This document shows, piece by piece, positions 21,901 to 30,285 of a DNA stretch of 64,000 nucleotides. Location: the IMG/VR virus record IMGVR_UViG_3300010354_006541, positions 5,855 through 69,854 of that record; one strand, given 5' to 3'. The position numbers were made by a program, and so were the translations under genes. The DNA is from a virus. The stretch's first letter is position 1; the number at the start of each line of letters is the position of its first letter. The notes under the pieces are model-generated. The model was not told the DNA's origin. It was given only the letters and a program-made list of their open reading frames with translations, and ran no database searches.

Positions 21901-22722
21901 GCTATATGTCAATACCTTTTTGTAAGGTCCAATTTCTAGTCTAGATTCTAATAATATTTCTTCAGCACGTTTAAGAGCCGCTTCTAAAGTACGATAAGCG
22001 TAGGCTAATGCTCTACCTTGAAGACTAGAATTAATACCAGGTCTTTCATCTTGGCCGCTAGTAGCAACATATAGATTAATACTACTACCGAAAGCAGAAC
22101 CATCGACGTATCTTTTTGTAGCAGCGATTAATCCGCCGTAGACTTCGTCGTCTGCATCAACTGGATCTCTAGAAAGAATGAGAGGTCCGGTCATTGTTCC
22201 AAATGTCGGATTGGATGAACCGGTAGAGGGATCAACAGCATCAACACCTGCAAGAGACACCTTGCTGTCTGCATAGGCTTTGTTTACCGCTTCGTGTTTA
22301 AAAATTGGCAGTAGCGGTGAAGAAGTAGTTCCTAAATTTAGTATTCTGTATTGGGTGGCTCCGCTTCGTGTAGAGAGATTTCCTCCTAGTTGCGGAGTCG
22401 GATCCCCAGAAATAGAAGAAAACAATGTTGAAATAGCAATTTCGTTTGGATTAGTAGTGAAGTCGATCTGGACTCCGTTACCTGCTTTAAGTTGTTTAAA
22501 AACTAAACCAGTTTCAGTAGTGTTTACGCTGACTAATGAATTTTCCTGTCCTGAATAAGATGACGGTGTATCGTCTAGACCTTTGAAAGAAAGTCTATCA
22601 CCTAATCCTAAAGAACTGTATAATTCTCGGAAATTTTCATTAACTTTTCTAAAAGCGTCGCGAATACTATCGCCGGTGCCGTCATTACCGATAGCGCCAA
22701 TTTCAATCTGTCGTCTAGTCAT
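15946..22722 (-). CDS. Giant (2258 aa) tail fibre/baseplate protein with C-terminal autoproteolytic chaperone-like domain
   Basis: IGNDGTGDSIRDAFRKVNENF anchor; three H(G/N)....G.LP..L....Y(Y/H)V......F R(V/L) repeats; C-terminal ADLAEFY...G.VP.KV.G....GD.L...IGKAL. Confidence 0.8.
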   Translation of the reverse strand: MTRRQIEIGAIGNDGTGDSIRDAFRKVNENFRELYSSLGLGDRLSFKGLDDTPSSYSGQENSLVSVNTTETGLVFKQLKAGNGVQIDFTTNPNEIAISTLFSSISGDPTPQLGGNLSTRSGATQYRILNLGTTSSPLLPIFKHEAVNKAYADSKVSLAGVDAVDPSTGSSNPTFGTMTGPLILSRDPVDADDEVYGGLIAATKRYVDGSAFGSSINLYVATSGQDERPGINSSLQGRALAYAYRTLEAALKRAEEILLESRLEIGPYKKVLTYSEGAGECTLTSITASPESGTGFIGQVYMSVDSFTLTVPGTNYRVGDIISIGGGVGTAATVEVLATIGNPGAVLSFRPVSSGVYTVLPGNTNVITTSNSEFGGGARFDLNYKVNKIDVVSGGVDYGLVSVRILPAVGDTTGSGAFGTADVVSGAVVSITVDDPGNSFTALPTVTVDLPRFRIFTNGLRTDFTGNVLSPDPTAVRSRDVREGLYLRGETSGALAQILGHSGALDGPNELFDVDIKYGAFEIGEVISYGDVTRTQQISVLIETGIYEENLPLKIPQNVALIGDEFRRVIVRPKTGESSSPWAFQKFRRDLTIDGNTTAEQLFGWHYLADPTLPVYPPINNKGSYRAAASLIGLNKIFLQQETIAWINYQINNVIAPFTSSFDYDISTCSRDVGLIVDAMIFDLKYGGYNRTVSAALKYRSNASGLIAITTQLSQTVAALNHVKALIQDIIDNTEIDPVYNTIRSQIIDEAFIAETGSDDVIDELFGALIDVISNSGAVNYPKNNDNIDVFLCNDATIVRALTSQGSGGFTMVLDPEGQILAKSPYAQECATFSKSSGRKRFAGGMFVDGFTGNLQFKITERVIVDGVPSNSRLRVSNLVRPPNLPASFIVNDAVYRINYVRDYVYNPAGSTAQFVLDEVTPFPLAIGAQTFTVVTGTPGTFNKTSHNLEQGATLVFSSTGVLPSPLIAGKEYYVIADGFSLNSFRVSAIAGSNTGISLTTLGTGTLSYERIYEVLMPGNRSMLANDFTQICDMGYGLVTHNGGLLEAVSVFTYYCYISYFSLNGGQIRSVGGSSAHGTYALVAEGSDPLEIPTPVTLFYDLNQGAKCYFPSSLYANNAGETTIYVYNYTYVPLSKSELEVIHITPATLLPQLTRYSINSVSTVGLPAGVAKLTISSTGNASTAGLAIQVPNDTPVSIRNNSQVVLTGDVVDVATRPSTALLLNESSFVYRILQFEEYVDPAANTACTISVGSPVVITSAGHGLLANYIIKFYTTGALPTGLVVDTNYYVLEDSLTLNTFRVALSPNGTPINTTAGGSGTHSFANSGLARTTLRENYDYVELTVYEPNEYAASTKTFTVTVADPAVFTCNSHGFIAGDVVRLSSTGTLPNGLSSSRHYHVLSTGLGANQFRLSAVPNGPAAATTTAGSGTFSVGLVKGRIGDNSFQIVAPGPGDLSRLINYKLTWCGFDYTITNYEGSNVTGIEGVGRITLNTPLQLDATTGTGNVLSLSSPPTLKAGVPKRTSGAAGTLTIRISLTRVTSHDLLEIGTGSYADTNYPNEIYGLAVNPLSEATETEERGSGRVFFVTTDQFGNFKVGPYFRVDQGTGTVTFSAAIALSNLDGIGFKRGVPIAEFSVDATMGDNATDTVPTEYAVRTYVDKRLGVSHTGEILDPVNRIPAITGGFLALDGTTPMISTLNLDNNRIQNLADPVSPTDAVNLRSLVLGNFADASFDNVKANDFAVFTGVGTQITNTTLVGDISANIDSTAHTIDLQISAESINTADVSSNAAIDQFKLSLANAYASSVNNIVGATATRVGNTVTLTFATTTNPVFTAGRGIVVTGFSTTKYNGTFTVISCTATQITYDISLGSNAYAASQPSWTLPVTPAVGTGTIEPLKGLSVFDSNQFNATNGWLSIKDNGITIGKLAQIASKTVLGNNGVATDNVSTVSYATIVDQGAAVKKSLYTAVGYLKRSTTGAGAELLDGSYTVIQDSATLAANTLVIRDNNGDFAARTVTVQDLKLKLSSEVTSTNTLNRVSSGGGGTTRLFGFLGNGGVLIGNSTVANENVTYYDNNSHVFRTQDSFNPAPISCSTLTATAISTGSDTTPGTITGQWILANVPGGGVKGNSRLQATYAADLAEFYEGDKEYETGTVLVFGGDKEVTTSNIRGDSKVAGVVSDNAAYSMYGACPGFKNQIALQGRVPCKVVGKINKGDLLCTSGIPGVAGLAKDPKPGTLIGKALQDYDSDHIGTIEVAVGRT

Positions 22723-22788
22723 AGTGTTTGTCCAATAGGTTGACTACATATTTATCGTTCAATTTTATAAGCCGTATGTAAATAATGT

Positions 22789-23076
22789 ATGTTCATGACT
22801 ACAAAGATAGTTACTAACGAATATACTAGATGCAGTAAGACAGGTATATTGCATACCTATAAAAGAAAAAAGACCTTTGCGGTCTTTGCGTGTGATAATT
22901 GCGGATCTGAGTTTGAAAGATGTCTAAAAAATATTCAAAAAAAGCGGTTAAGTAATAATTATTTTCATTGCTGCCCTGCTTGTGACTCTAAAAGATTTGC
23001 ACAAAGAAAGGGAGTTGAACGCAAAAAAATATGGGATATGCCCGCCGGATTGGATCTACCTATTAATAAGTACTAG
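22789..23076 (+). CDS. Basic zinc-ribbon protein
   Basis: CDNC...HCCPAC; preceded by TAAATA-N4-ATG. Confidence 0.65.
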   Translation: MFMTTKIVTNEYTRCSKTGILHTYKRKKTFAVFACDNCGSEFERCLKNIQKKRLSNNYFHCCPACDSKRFAQRKGVERKKIWDMPAGLDLPINKY

Positions 23077-23393
23077 ACTCGAAAACTTTCGCCGCAACCA
23101 CAGCGATCACGTTCGTTGGGATTACGAAATTCGAAACCTTCGTTAAGTCCGTTGCGCACCCAATCCATCTCAATTCCGCTCAGATACGTTATGCTTTTAC
23201 TATCTATATAGATATGCACCCCATTGCTTTCGTATATATGATCGCTATCATATACTGTGTCCACAAACTCTAAAACATATTGTAGACCCGAACAGCCTGT
23301 AGTTTTTACACCTAAACGAATTCCTAAACCTTTGCCTCGTTTTTCTAGTTGATTTTTTACTTTTAGTGCTGCCGATTCAGTTAGCGATATCAT
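23073..23393 (-). CDS. iscA: Fe-S cluster assembly A-type carrier IscA
   Basis: [18 protein letters not shown]...CGCGESF. Confidence 0.95.
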   Translation of the reverse strand: MISLTESAALKVKNQLEKRGKGLGIRLGVKTTGCSGLQYVLEFVDTVYDSDHIYESNGVHIYIDSKSITYLSGIEMDWVRNGLNEGFEFRNPNERDRCGCGESFRV

Positions 23394-23766
23394 GCTTTTC
23401 TTTGTAATCTCTTATAGCAGCCTTGATAGCATCTTCTGCCAGTATTGAGCAGTGAATCTTAACGGGCGGTAGCGCAAGTTCCTCAGCGATATCTGAGTTT
23501 TTGATTGCGGTTGCCTGATCCAGTGTGCGCCCCTTGAGCCACTCTGTAGCGAGGCTAGAACTAGCAATAGCACTACCACAACCGTACGTCTTAAACTTAG
23601 CATCAGTTATAACACCATCCTCGTTGACTTTGATCTGTAGTTTCATAACATCCCCGCAGGCAGGAGCACCTACCATACCAGTTCCCACCTCGGGGTCGTC
23701 CTTAGAGAAACTACCGACATTACGTGGGTTTTCGTAGTGATCAATAACTTTCTCTGAGTATGCCAT
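23377..23766 (-). CDS. iscU: Fe-S cluster scaffold IscU
   Basis: [36 protein letters not shown]. Confidence 0.97.
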   Translation of the reverse strand: MAYSEKVIDHYENPRNVGSFSKDDPEVGTGMVGAPACGDVMKLQIKVNEDGVITDAKFKTYGCGSAIASSSLATEWLKGRTLDQATAIKNSDIAEELALPPVKIHCSILAEDAIKAAIRDYKEKHDIAN

Positions 23767-23768
23767 AA

Positions 23769-24068
23769 TTAACCTCTCACTAAAACTTCTGTTTCTATAC
23801 CGTTTATAATCATAATTTGTTTCGTATAAACAATACCATCGATTATTACTTGATTTGGTTGTAAAACAATGTTTGGTTGGTGAACAACAATCGGTGTTGG
23901 TCTAGTAGCAGCATAGACTACTGCACCCCCTATTACAGCCGGTAATACCCAGTGAGTGTTTGCATGCCAGTGTTTGTGATGATGTCTGAAATGTCCGTGA
24001 TGTCCACGACCCTGTGCAAATGCGGTTGAACTGAGTGTTAGGACTAATATTGCGATCAACGTTTTCAT
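23769..24068 (-). CDS. Exported His-rich hypothetical protein
   Basis: Signal peptide ending AFA, His-rich stretch, GGAVVY helix; AGGAG RBS. Confidence 0.6.
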   Translation of the reverse strand: MKTLIAILVLTLSSTAFAQGRGHHGHFRHHHKHWHANTHWVLPAVIGGAVVYAATRPTPIVVHQPNIVLQPNQVIIDGIVYTKQIMIINGIETEVLVRG

Positions 24069-24099
24069 GTTGTTCTCCTTTATTACTATAACGCCTTAA

Positions 24100-24222
24100 T
24101 TATTCTTTTGGCTTACTGACCATACTTAAAACTTTGGCTTTGATAATCTTAGCCCAACTAGGTTCAGGAAAGTGCCAACCAATAAATGCACCTACTAATA
24201 ATATTAAAATTGTATCTAACAT
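24100..24222 (-). CDS. 40-aa small membrane protein (missed by ORF track)
   Basis: MLDTILILLVGAFIGWHFPEPSWAKIIKAKVLSMVSKPKE*; AGGAG RBS upstream; fills gap. Confidence 0.65.
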   Translation of the reverse strand: MLDTILILLVGAFIGWHFPEPSWAKIIKAKVLSMVSKPKE

Positions 24223-24223
24223 T

Positions 24224-24784
24224 TTACACTCCTTGTAGTCTAATATCAACTGTGTCCCAGTTGATGATTCGCCAAATATTGTTTAGGTACTTGGCTTTGT
24301 CCTGTTGATAGTCTAACGCCCAGGCGTGTTCCCACCAATCTATCAACAGAGCAATCTTCATGTTCTTCTTATACTCGTGATTGCGTATAGTTTTTATTTC
24401 TCCGGTGGTATCCATATATAGCCACCCGCTACCTTGAATTGACATAGCAGTTTTTTCAATTTCGTCTTTAAACTCGTCAAAACTTCCCCATTTATTTTCT
24501 ATCAAAGACTTACTGAGCCCCGTTGGTTTATTAGCGGCTCTGGGAGGGGTAAGATTTGCAAAAAAAATATTATGCAATATTGCTCCACCAAAATTGAAAT
24601 CCGGATCACCCTCGCCTTTATTATAGCGTTCAGAATACTTGGCGGCCAGCCCGTCATAATGGTATTTTACTGTGGCTTCGCTCATAACAGGTTCTAATTG
24701 ATTTTTATCAAATTTAAGTTTATCTTGATAAATTTCTCTAGAATCGGTGTTTTCGTTTAAAAACTTAATAAAATGTAGCGTCAT
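24224..24784 (-). CDS. sod: Fe/Mn superoxide dismutase
   Basis: TVKYH, GAILHNIFF, QGSGW, DWWEHAW. Confidence 0.88.
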   Translation of the reverse strand: MTLHFIKFLNENTDSREIYQDKLKFDKNQLEPVMSEATVKYHYDGLAAKYSERYNKGEGDPDFNFGGAILHNIFFANLTPPRAANKPTGLSKSLIENKWGSFDEFKDEIEKTAMSIQGSGWLYMDTTGEIKTIRNHEYKKNMKIALLIDWWEHAWALDYQQDKAKYLNNIWRIINWDTVDIRLQGV

Positions 24785-24823
24785 ACCTATATTTAGTGTA
24801 AATAAGGCACAGGAGGAATTTCC

Positions 24824-25147
24824 ATGGAAATCGTACTAGTTGCATTAGTTTTAGTTGCAGTTGGCGCATTTTGGTATTATAATAGAAATACCAAAAGTTT
24901 TGATGTGAATCAAGATGGCAAAGTTGATTCTGCTGATGTAAAAGCAGCCGTTCAAAATGTAGTCTGCGGAGTTAAAGAAACTGCAGATGTAAACAAAGAC
25001 GGAAAAGTTGATGCTGCCGATGCTAAGGTCGTAGTAGAAAAAGCAAAGACCGAAGTAAAGAAAGCCGCTACAAAAACTAAGGCCGCTGCTAAGAAAGTTG
25101 CAGACAAGGCCAAGACATCAAAAACATCAAAAACCAAGGCAAATTAA
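24824..25147 (+). CDS. Membrane-anchored protein with two EF-hand/dockerin-like Ca-binding loops and a Lys/Ala tail
   Basis: N-terminal TM; DVNQDGKVDSAD and DVNKDGKVDAAD; AGGAGG RBS. Confidence 0.7.
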   Translation: MEIVLVALVLVAVGAFWYYNRNTKSFDVNQDGKVDSADVKAAVQNVVCGVKETADVNKDGKVDAADAKVVVEKAKTEVKKAATKTKAAAKKVADKAKTSKTSKTKAN

Positions 25148-25386
25148 ATTACACCTTTAATACGCTGGATGAGAAATTCATTTTTCTCAATCCAGCGATA
25201 TTCAAAGATGGGTTCACCGGGACCGGTAAGCATACTCACACCCAAGTACGCTCTTTTTAACCATAGTAATTTTTTACTGTAGTAGCATCTCCGCGGCAAA
25301 AAAGAAATGCGGAATTCCCATCCAATGCATCTTCTTTTAAATGCTTCATCGGCAGTTTCTTGCCACATAAGACTATCTAGTGGCAT
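25144..25386 (-). CDS. Hypothetical protein
   Basis: Trp-rich ORF downstream of uvsE; start uncertain. Confidence 0.5.
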   Translation of the reverse strand: MPLDSLMWQETADEAFKRRCIGWEFRISFLPRRCYYSKKLLWLKRAYLGVSMLTGPGEPIFEYRWIEKNEFLIQRIKGVI

Positions 25387-26389
25387 GTCGGTAAAAATCA
25401 AAACTGGCTAGATTCTTAGCCTTGCTTTCGCACATGATGTCGGCCCACTCCCAGTGTGTAGCGGCCCAATCGTTACAATCTTTGTTCCAATAAAAGTTAG
25501 AGTGTGCTCTGAGTTTTGCTTTCTTATGTCCGGATTCTAAGAGGGTCTGAAGAGTGGGACGGGTGTCTCTGGAATGTTCTCTAAGTATATCTTCCCTAGA
25601 AACAGAGTAGTGTATGACAGGGCGAACACCACGCCAACTATCAATAACCCTTTTAATACGATCGTCAGATGCTTCAATATATTCTCCAGTTTTAATCCAA
25701 TGATGATGAATGTCTAATACCAATGCACAATGATCTACAAGTTCGAGGCTGTCTTCTAGACCCCATGTCATTTCGTCATTTTCGATCGTAAGTGTATTAC
25801 GAGCCTCGGGTGTCATGCGAGCCAACGCAGCAACGATTCCCATTGGGCCTTGTCTACCTGCGATGTGAACGTTGATTTTAAAGTCTTGAAACGTCTTGCC
25901 AAATCCCATCCAGCGAGCCATGTCCACATGATATTCAAACTCCTCTATGCTACGTTGAACAATGTCTTGATTATCACTAGCAAGAACAGTAAACTGACCA
26001 GGATGAAAAGAAAGACGGACATTGCACCGACGAGCACTATCCCCAACAGTGCTAAAATGGCGTTCAAGATAAGCACGAACATCTGACCTGCGCCAGAAAT
26101 AACTGTAAGTGGGTTCAGTATAAACAGGAAGAATATCACTGCTAAGACGAACCATCCTAAGTGATTCATTTTGTTCTCCTACTTTTTCTACAAGTTTTCT
26201 AACAGACTCGATGTTCTGTACCATAAGGTCCCAGAGTTTTTGTTCGGCAACATCTCTGGTCTGTCTATTTAACCATGCTACAGTAGTTGAACCTGTGTTG
26301 TATTTTTTACAGTCGTCTTTGGTTTTGATACCATTCATTTGATCGGGAAGATCAATCCATTTACAGGCAAAGCCGATACGATTAGTCAT
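25373..26389 (-). CDS. uvsE: UV-damage endonuclease
   Basis: RIGFAC, RLSSD, RLSFHPGQF, TIENDE, VLDIHHH, H.S, MCESKAK. Confidence 0.92.
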   Translation of the reverse strand: MTNRIGFACKWIDLPDQMNGIKTKDDCKKYNTGSTTVAWLNRQTRDVAEQKLWDLMVQNIESVRKLVEKVGEQNESLRMVRLSSDILPVYTEPTYSYFWRRSDVRAYLERHFSTVGDSARRCNVRLSFHPGQFTVLASDNQDIVQRSIEEFEYHVDMARWMGFGKTFQDFKINVHIAGRQGPMGIVAALARMTPEARNTLTIENDEMTWGLEDSLELVDHCALVLDIHHHWIKTGEYIEASDDRIKRVIDSWRGVRPVIHYSVSREDILREHSRDTRPTLQTLLESGHKKAKLRAHSNFYWNKDCNDWAATHWEWADIMCESKAKNLASFDFYRHATR

Positions 26390-26417
26390 TTTGAGTAGTA
26401 TACTTGATCATACTACT

Positions 26418-26446
26418 AGTATAACACAGTCAATGCCAGTTGTCAA
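26418..26446 (-). promoter_or_regulatory. sigma70-type promoter of uvsE
   Basis: TTGACA-17nt-TATACT. Confidence 0.75.
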
Positions 26447-27122
26447 CTACCAAAGGATCTTGTACATCTTCAGGTTTTGGATCACCATGGAACACCGCAA
26501 CACAGCAGTCGTCGGGTATTTCTGGATTTTTTATATCATAGAATGTTCTTTTAGGTCCGGAAAAATTGATTTCGTTTCTTTTTCGGATTTCCCATTTGTA
26601 ACTCATCAGCCATTGATCGGGCCAATATCTAATACGTGTTCCTGCTATTTTATAAATCCAATCTTGATCACCGTGTAGTTGCATAGCATTAGTTCGATTT
26701 TTAATAAACATTTCGTAAATATCGTGTTCTTTATTGCCCATCCAACTCATTACAGAACTGTTTAATATTTTCCACTTAGGGTTAAACTGTCTATTAAAAT
26801 CTCGTATACCGTAAAAAGTTTCTCCGTTACCCAATATTAGTTTATCTATGTTTTTATGTATTACAACGTCTAAATCGAAATATAAGATCCTATCATCTAA
26901 ACCCAATGAAGGATTAAACATATGAACCTTATGCCACCATGCTTTGGAATATCCATGATTGGTTTCGTGTATAATCTTTACACCTTTAATGGATCTATGG
27001 TCATCTGTCAAACATGCGAATTCATAAGGAACAGTTAGATTTCGCGAAACCATATTACGTAGTCTTTCTACATATTCTGGGCCGTACTTGTTTCCGAATC
27101 TAACACACAATACAGTTAACAT
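26430..27122 (-). CDS. Glycosyltransferase, GT-A fold
   Basis: YFDLDVVI (DxD), [19 protein letters not shown]. Confidence 0.75.
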   Translation of the reverse strand: MLTVLCVRFGNKYGPEYVERLRNMVSRNLTVPYEFACLTDDHRSIKGVKIIHETNHGYSKAWWHKVHMFNPSLGLDDRILYFDLDVVIHKNIDKLILGNGETFYGIRDFNRQFNPKWKILNSSVMSWMGNKEHDIYEMFIKNRTNAMQLHGDQDWIYKIAGTRIRYWPDQWLMSYKWEIRKRNEINFSGPKRTFYDIKNPEIPDDCCVAVFHGDPKPEDVQDPLVVDNWH

Positions 27123-27940
27123 TTTACCGCCTGTTCAATTGCTACTAGTTTACTCAATATATTTTTTAGATCTTGCAATTTTATCATATTAGGTCCATCA
27201 CTAGGCGCATTATCTGGATCTTCGTGTACTTCCATGAATACCGCAGAAACACAGCCTGTGGCTACAGCAGCCCTCGCCAAGTAGGGCACCATTTCGCGAT
27301 CTCCGCCTGAGACCGTTCCCATTCCTCCAGGCTGTTGCACAGAATGAGTGGCATCAAAGACCACTGGATACCCGGTGCTAGCCATAATGGGTAAACTACG
27401 CATATCAACAACAAGATTATTATATCCATGAGTGTATCCTCTTTCGCATAACATTATTCTATCATTGCCAGTCGAAGCAATTTTAGACGCGACATTTTTC
27501 ATATCATGTGGTGCTAAGAACTGACCTTTCTTGACATTAATAGCCTTGCCTGTAGCACCTGCAGCCAACAAAAGATCTGTTTGTCTGCAAAGAAAGGCAG
27601 GTATCTGTAGAACATCTATGCCAGCCCCGGCAACCAATTCTGCCTGCCATGTCTCGTGGATGTCTGTGAGAACAGGTACTCCTATAGATTGTTTGACACT
27701 AGTTAGAATTTTAAGACCTTCTTCTAGACCTAGACCTCTTTTAGTTGTTATACTGGATCTATTGGCTTTGTCAAAACTACTTTTATAAATTAAATCTATA
27801 CTTAGACTGTCGCAGATTTCTTTAATACGACCAGCAGTTTCGTGTGCATGATCAAGACTTTCGATTTGACAGGGACCAGCGATTAAGACAAATTTATTTT
27901 TGCCACCGATGGGGATATTGTGGATATTAAAAGTGCGCAT
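27116..27940 (-). CDS. kdsA: KDO8P synthase (3-deoxy-8-phosphooctulonate synthase), metal-dependent type
   Basis: [50 protein letters not shown]; start chosen from TAAATA-N5-ATG. Confidence 0.95.
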   Translation of the reverse strand: MRTFNIHNIPIGGKNKFVLIAGPCQIESLDHAHETAGRIKEICDSLSIDLIYKSSFDKANRSSITTKRGLGLEEGLKILTSVKQSIGVPVLTDIHETWQAELVAGAGIDVLQIPAFLCRQTDLLLAAGATGKAINVKKGQFLAPHDMKNVASKIASTGNDRIMLCERGYTHGYNNLVVDMRSLPIMASTGYPVVFDATHSVQQPGGMGTVSGGDREMVPYLARAAVATGCVSAVFMEVHEDPDNAPSDGPNMIKLQDLKNILSKLVAIEQAVKC

Positions 27941-27948
27941 ATTATTAT

Positions 27949-28140
27949 TTACCAATGTCTAATGACGTTGGCAATAATAAAAAGACAGGTAATCACATGT
28001 ATAATTACCCAAAAGGTTTTTAAGAATAGTGCTATACGTGCTTCACGAACAGTTAAAATAGGGACATCCGGACGATCTTCATCCGTTTGCCCCATCAGGT
28101 GACCAGTGGCTCTGGCCCATATTTTTTCTAAACTGTTCAT
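27949..28140 (-). CDS. Small membrane protein
   Basis: 63 aa, C-terminal TM helix, coupled to neighbours. Confidence 0.6.
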   Translation of the reverse strand: MNSLEKIWARATGHLMGQTDEDRPDVPILTVREARIALFLKTFWVIIHVITCLFIIANVIRHW

Positions 28141-28664
28141 CCTTCGTAGGTCGCTGAATTAGCACCATGTTCAAATACTTCTACAGATTTAATACGGACA
28201 CTTGGGTTGATAGGATAACGCATGTTACCACTGCCCAGTAATTCTGCCATTTTGTCATAGCACATCTTAGCAAACATTTCGCATCCGACAGCAGGAACAA
28301 TACGCAAGTCGCAGATACCCTGTCGACGATATGGCTCTACCTGTACACGTTCTGGATTTCCGTCATGCTCTGGATTTGAACTCCAGCCTGACATTTCTTT
28401 GAATCGATCTAACATTGGATCATCTTCGGCGATTACCAAAGTGTGATCAAACATATGATCGGCCCATGCTTTGAATTCTTTGAGACCGCCGAAGTCCATA
28501 CACCAGTTTTTGTCATCTAGTGTATCACATTCAAATATTAGTTTGATACCGATTGAGTAACCATGTAGTGTTGAACAATGACTGTGTGTGGCACGCCACT
28601 GTCTAAAGCAACATGACAGACCTCTGTCATTGCCGTAAGTTTTTGTTGAATAGAATTTCGCCAT
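28137..28664 (-). CDS. queD: 6-carboxytetrahydropterin / 6-pyruvoyltetrahydropterin synthase
   Basis: SHCSTLHGY, MDFG, FDHT, GCEMFA, VEVFE; AGGAGG RBS. Confidence 0.85.
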   Translation of the reverse strand: MAKFYSTKTYGNDRGLSCCFRQWRATHSHCSTLHGYSIGIKLIFECDTLDDKNWCMDFGGLKEFKAWADHMFDHTLVIAEDDPMLDRFKEMSGWSSNPEHDGNPERVQVEPYRRQGICDLRIVPAVGCEMFAKMCYDKMAELLGSGNMRYPINPSVRIKSVEVFEHGANSATYEG

Positions 28665-28750
28665 CTCTTGCCTCCTGTAAAAATTAAGCGAGTAAGTTTG
28701 ATGACACGCAGAGTATTTAAAGAGGGTTGAGCGTCATGTAAGTCCTCTAT
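28665..28750 (-). promoter_or_regulatory. Structured 5' leader of queD: predicted H-type pseudoknot, candidate riboswitch
   Basis: After TATAAT (28757-62): AGAGG/CCTCT stem whose loop ATGACGC pairs with downstream GTGTCAT. Confidence 0.5.
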
Positions 28751-28774
28751 AGGATTATTATACTACAGAGATAT

Positions 28775-29374
28775 TTATTTTACTAGAGAGAAGTCAGAAA
28801 TTTTTTTCAATTTAACATTTGGCAACTGCCATTCGATAGGCTGTTTCCAATCTTCTGAATTAATAATATAAAAAATTGTGTTTCGATACTGATTAAAAAT
28901 TTTCGATTTTTGAAGTATCCAGTAGGAATAATCTACACTTGGTCGATCGTCTTTAAGATAGTGTTCTGTATTTTTATAAATGTTATTGACTAAACCATTT
29001 TGAGAATACAAATCAAAACCTGCTATGAAGATTTCTTCAAATCCTAATTTTGCAGCAGTTAATAATGCATAACTGCCGCTGCCCCAGTGTATTGGTTGCA
29101 TGTGTCTATCTTTTTCCTGCCAGGGAAGATCTGGCACTCCTGCCAATCGGTCGCAATTAAAATGTGATAACCAATCTTTTCTTGTTAGTATTATTTCTAA
29201 AGAATTGTTTGCGATAGATTCTGTAACCATTTTCCGATCGCAGCAAACTAATATGTTGGGTGTGAAATCTCTATGTACAGCATTACAACCTATGGTTGTA
29301 ACACCTTTAGACAATTTCTGTAGATCTAAAACTGATCGGCTTTCACCGTTTCCTAGAACTAATGCTGAAGGCAT
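28775..29374 (-). CDS. Maf/MptE-like (DUF115-type) glycosyltransferase-like protein
   Basis: LVLGNGES, IGCNA, CCD, GSG..A...A...GF..I..AGFD. Confidence 0.55.
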   Translation of the reverse strand: MPSALVLGNGESRSVLDLQKLSKGVTTIGCNAVHRDFTPNILVCCDRKMVTESIANNSLEIILTRKDWLSHFNCDRLAGVPDLPWQEKDRHMQPIHWGSGSYALLTAAKLGFEEIFIAGFDLYSQNGLVNNIYKNTEHYLKDDRPSVDYSYWILQKSKIFNQYRNTIFYIINSEDWKQPIEWQLPNVKLKKISDFSLVK

Positions 29375-30255
29375 CAGTTACCTGTTTCTTTGATATCCCC
29401 GAACGGATTCCACATTCCTGGATTGCCGCCCCGTGTGCATACCCAACCAATCGGTGTACCTGATCTTGGAGCACTGTTCCAAACAATATCTCCGATACTA
29501 AAAGTACCTTCAACTGGTGGTGCTGAAGAGCAGATCTGTAAACGATTGTTAAGTCTGACTGAACCGGCTACATGTAGATCCACAGACGGATCCGCTGTTT
29601 TAACCCCGATTGACATTTTACCGTGAACCGCAACGTTAATAGGACTGTTCTGAGGATTGCCAAGAACAATATTACCGTTTGCTTTTACAGTAAATCTAGG
29701 AGTATCGTCAGTGACTATATCGAAATCGTGACTGGCAAAAGTTCCTATCATACCATGTCCTGTTTCGAACACAGTACCTATCATAACTTCTATGGCATTT
29801 TCTGCAACACTAAAAGCCGCGTTTGGTGCATCAGTACCTAGGCCTAGCCTATCAGCAGTTGAGTTATAAAAAAGATAGTTGTTAACAGTTACTGAGCCGT
29901 CAACCGTTAAACCTTTCAATCTTCCTAATTCTCGAAGATTACTCTTAACAACAGTTCTACCTAGTGATGATGCATTAAGAACTTCTACATTTGCAATGTG
30001 GTAAGACCTATCAGTATCAAGATTTAGATTTTCGGATACGAAAAAACTCTGTAAATCTGAACCTAAAACCAATTGTTTGGTATGTCCCTGCCCGCTGAAA
30101 ATCAGCCCTTTACCGGCATTACTTTCGTCTTTTTTAGATTTGAATTCTAAAAAACGTAGGTCACTAAATACCGCATCAGTAGAAGTGCGGTGTTTAGCAA
30201 GATCTGCAAGGGCTTGACTTATAGTTTCTAATGGATTTGAGGTTTGATCGTTCAT
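29374..30255 (-). CDS. Putative virion/fibre-like protein
   Basis: RLGLGT..P, LHVAG, GD.VWN..P..G...GWVC...G.PG.W..FG; start from TAAATA-N5-ATG. Confidence 0.6.
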   Translation of the reverse strand: MNDQTSNPLETISQALADLAKHRTSTDAVFSDLRFLEFKSKKDESNAGKGLIFSGQGHTKQLVLGSDLQSFFVSENLNLDTDRSYHIANVEVLNASSLGRTVVKSNLRELGRLKGLTVDGSVTVNNYLFYNSTADRLGLGTDAPNAAFSVAENAIEVMIGTVFETGHGMIGTFASHDFDIVTDDTPRFTVKANGNIVLGNPQNSPINVAVHGKMSIGVKTADPSVDLHVAGSVRLNNRLQICSSAPPVEGTFSIGDIVWNSAPRSGTPIGWVCTRGGNPGMWNPFGDIKETGN

Positions 30256-30285
30256 AACGATATTTATCAAACCTCAAGGATTTGA

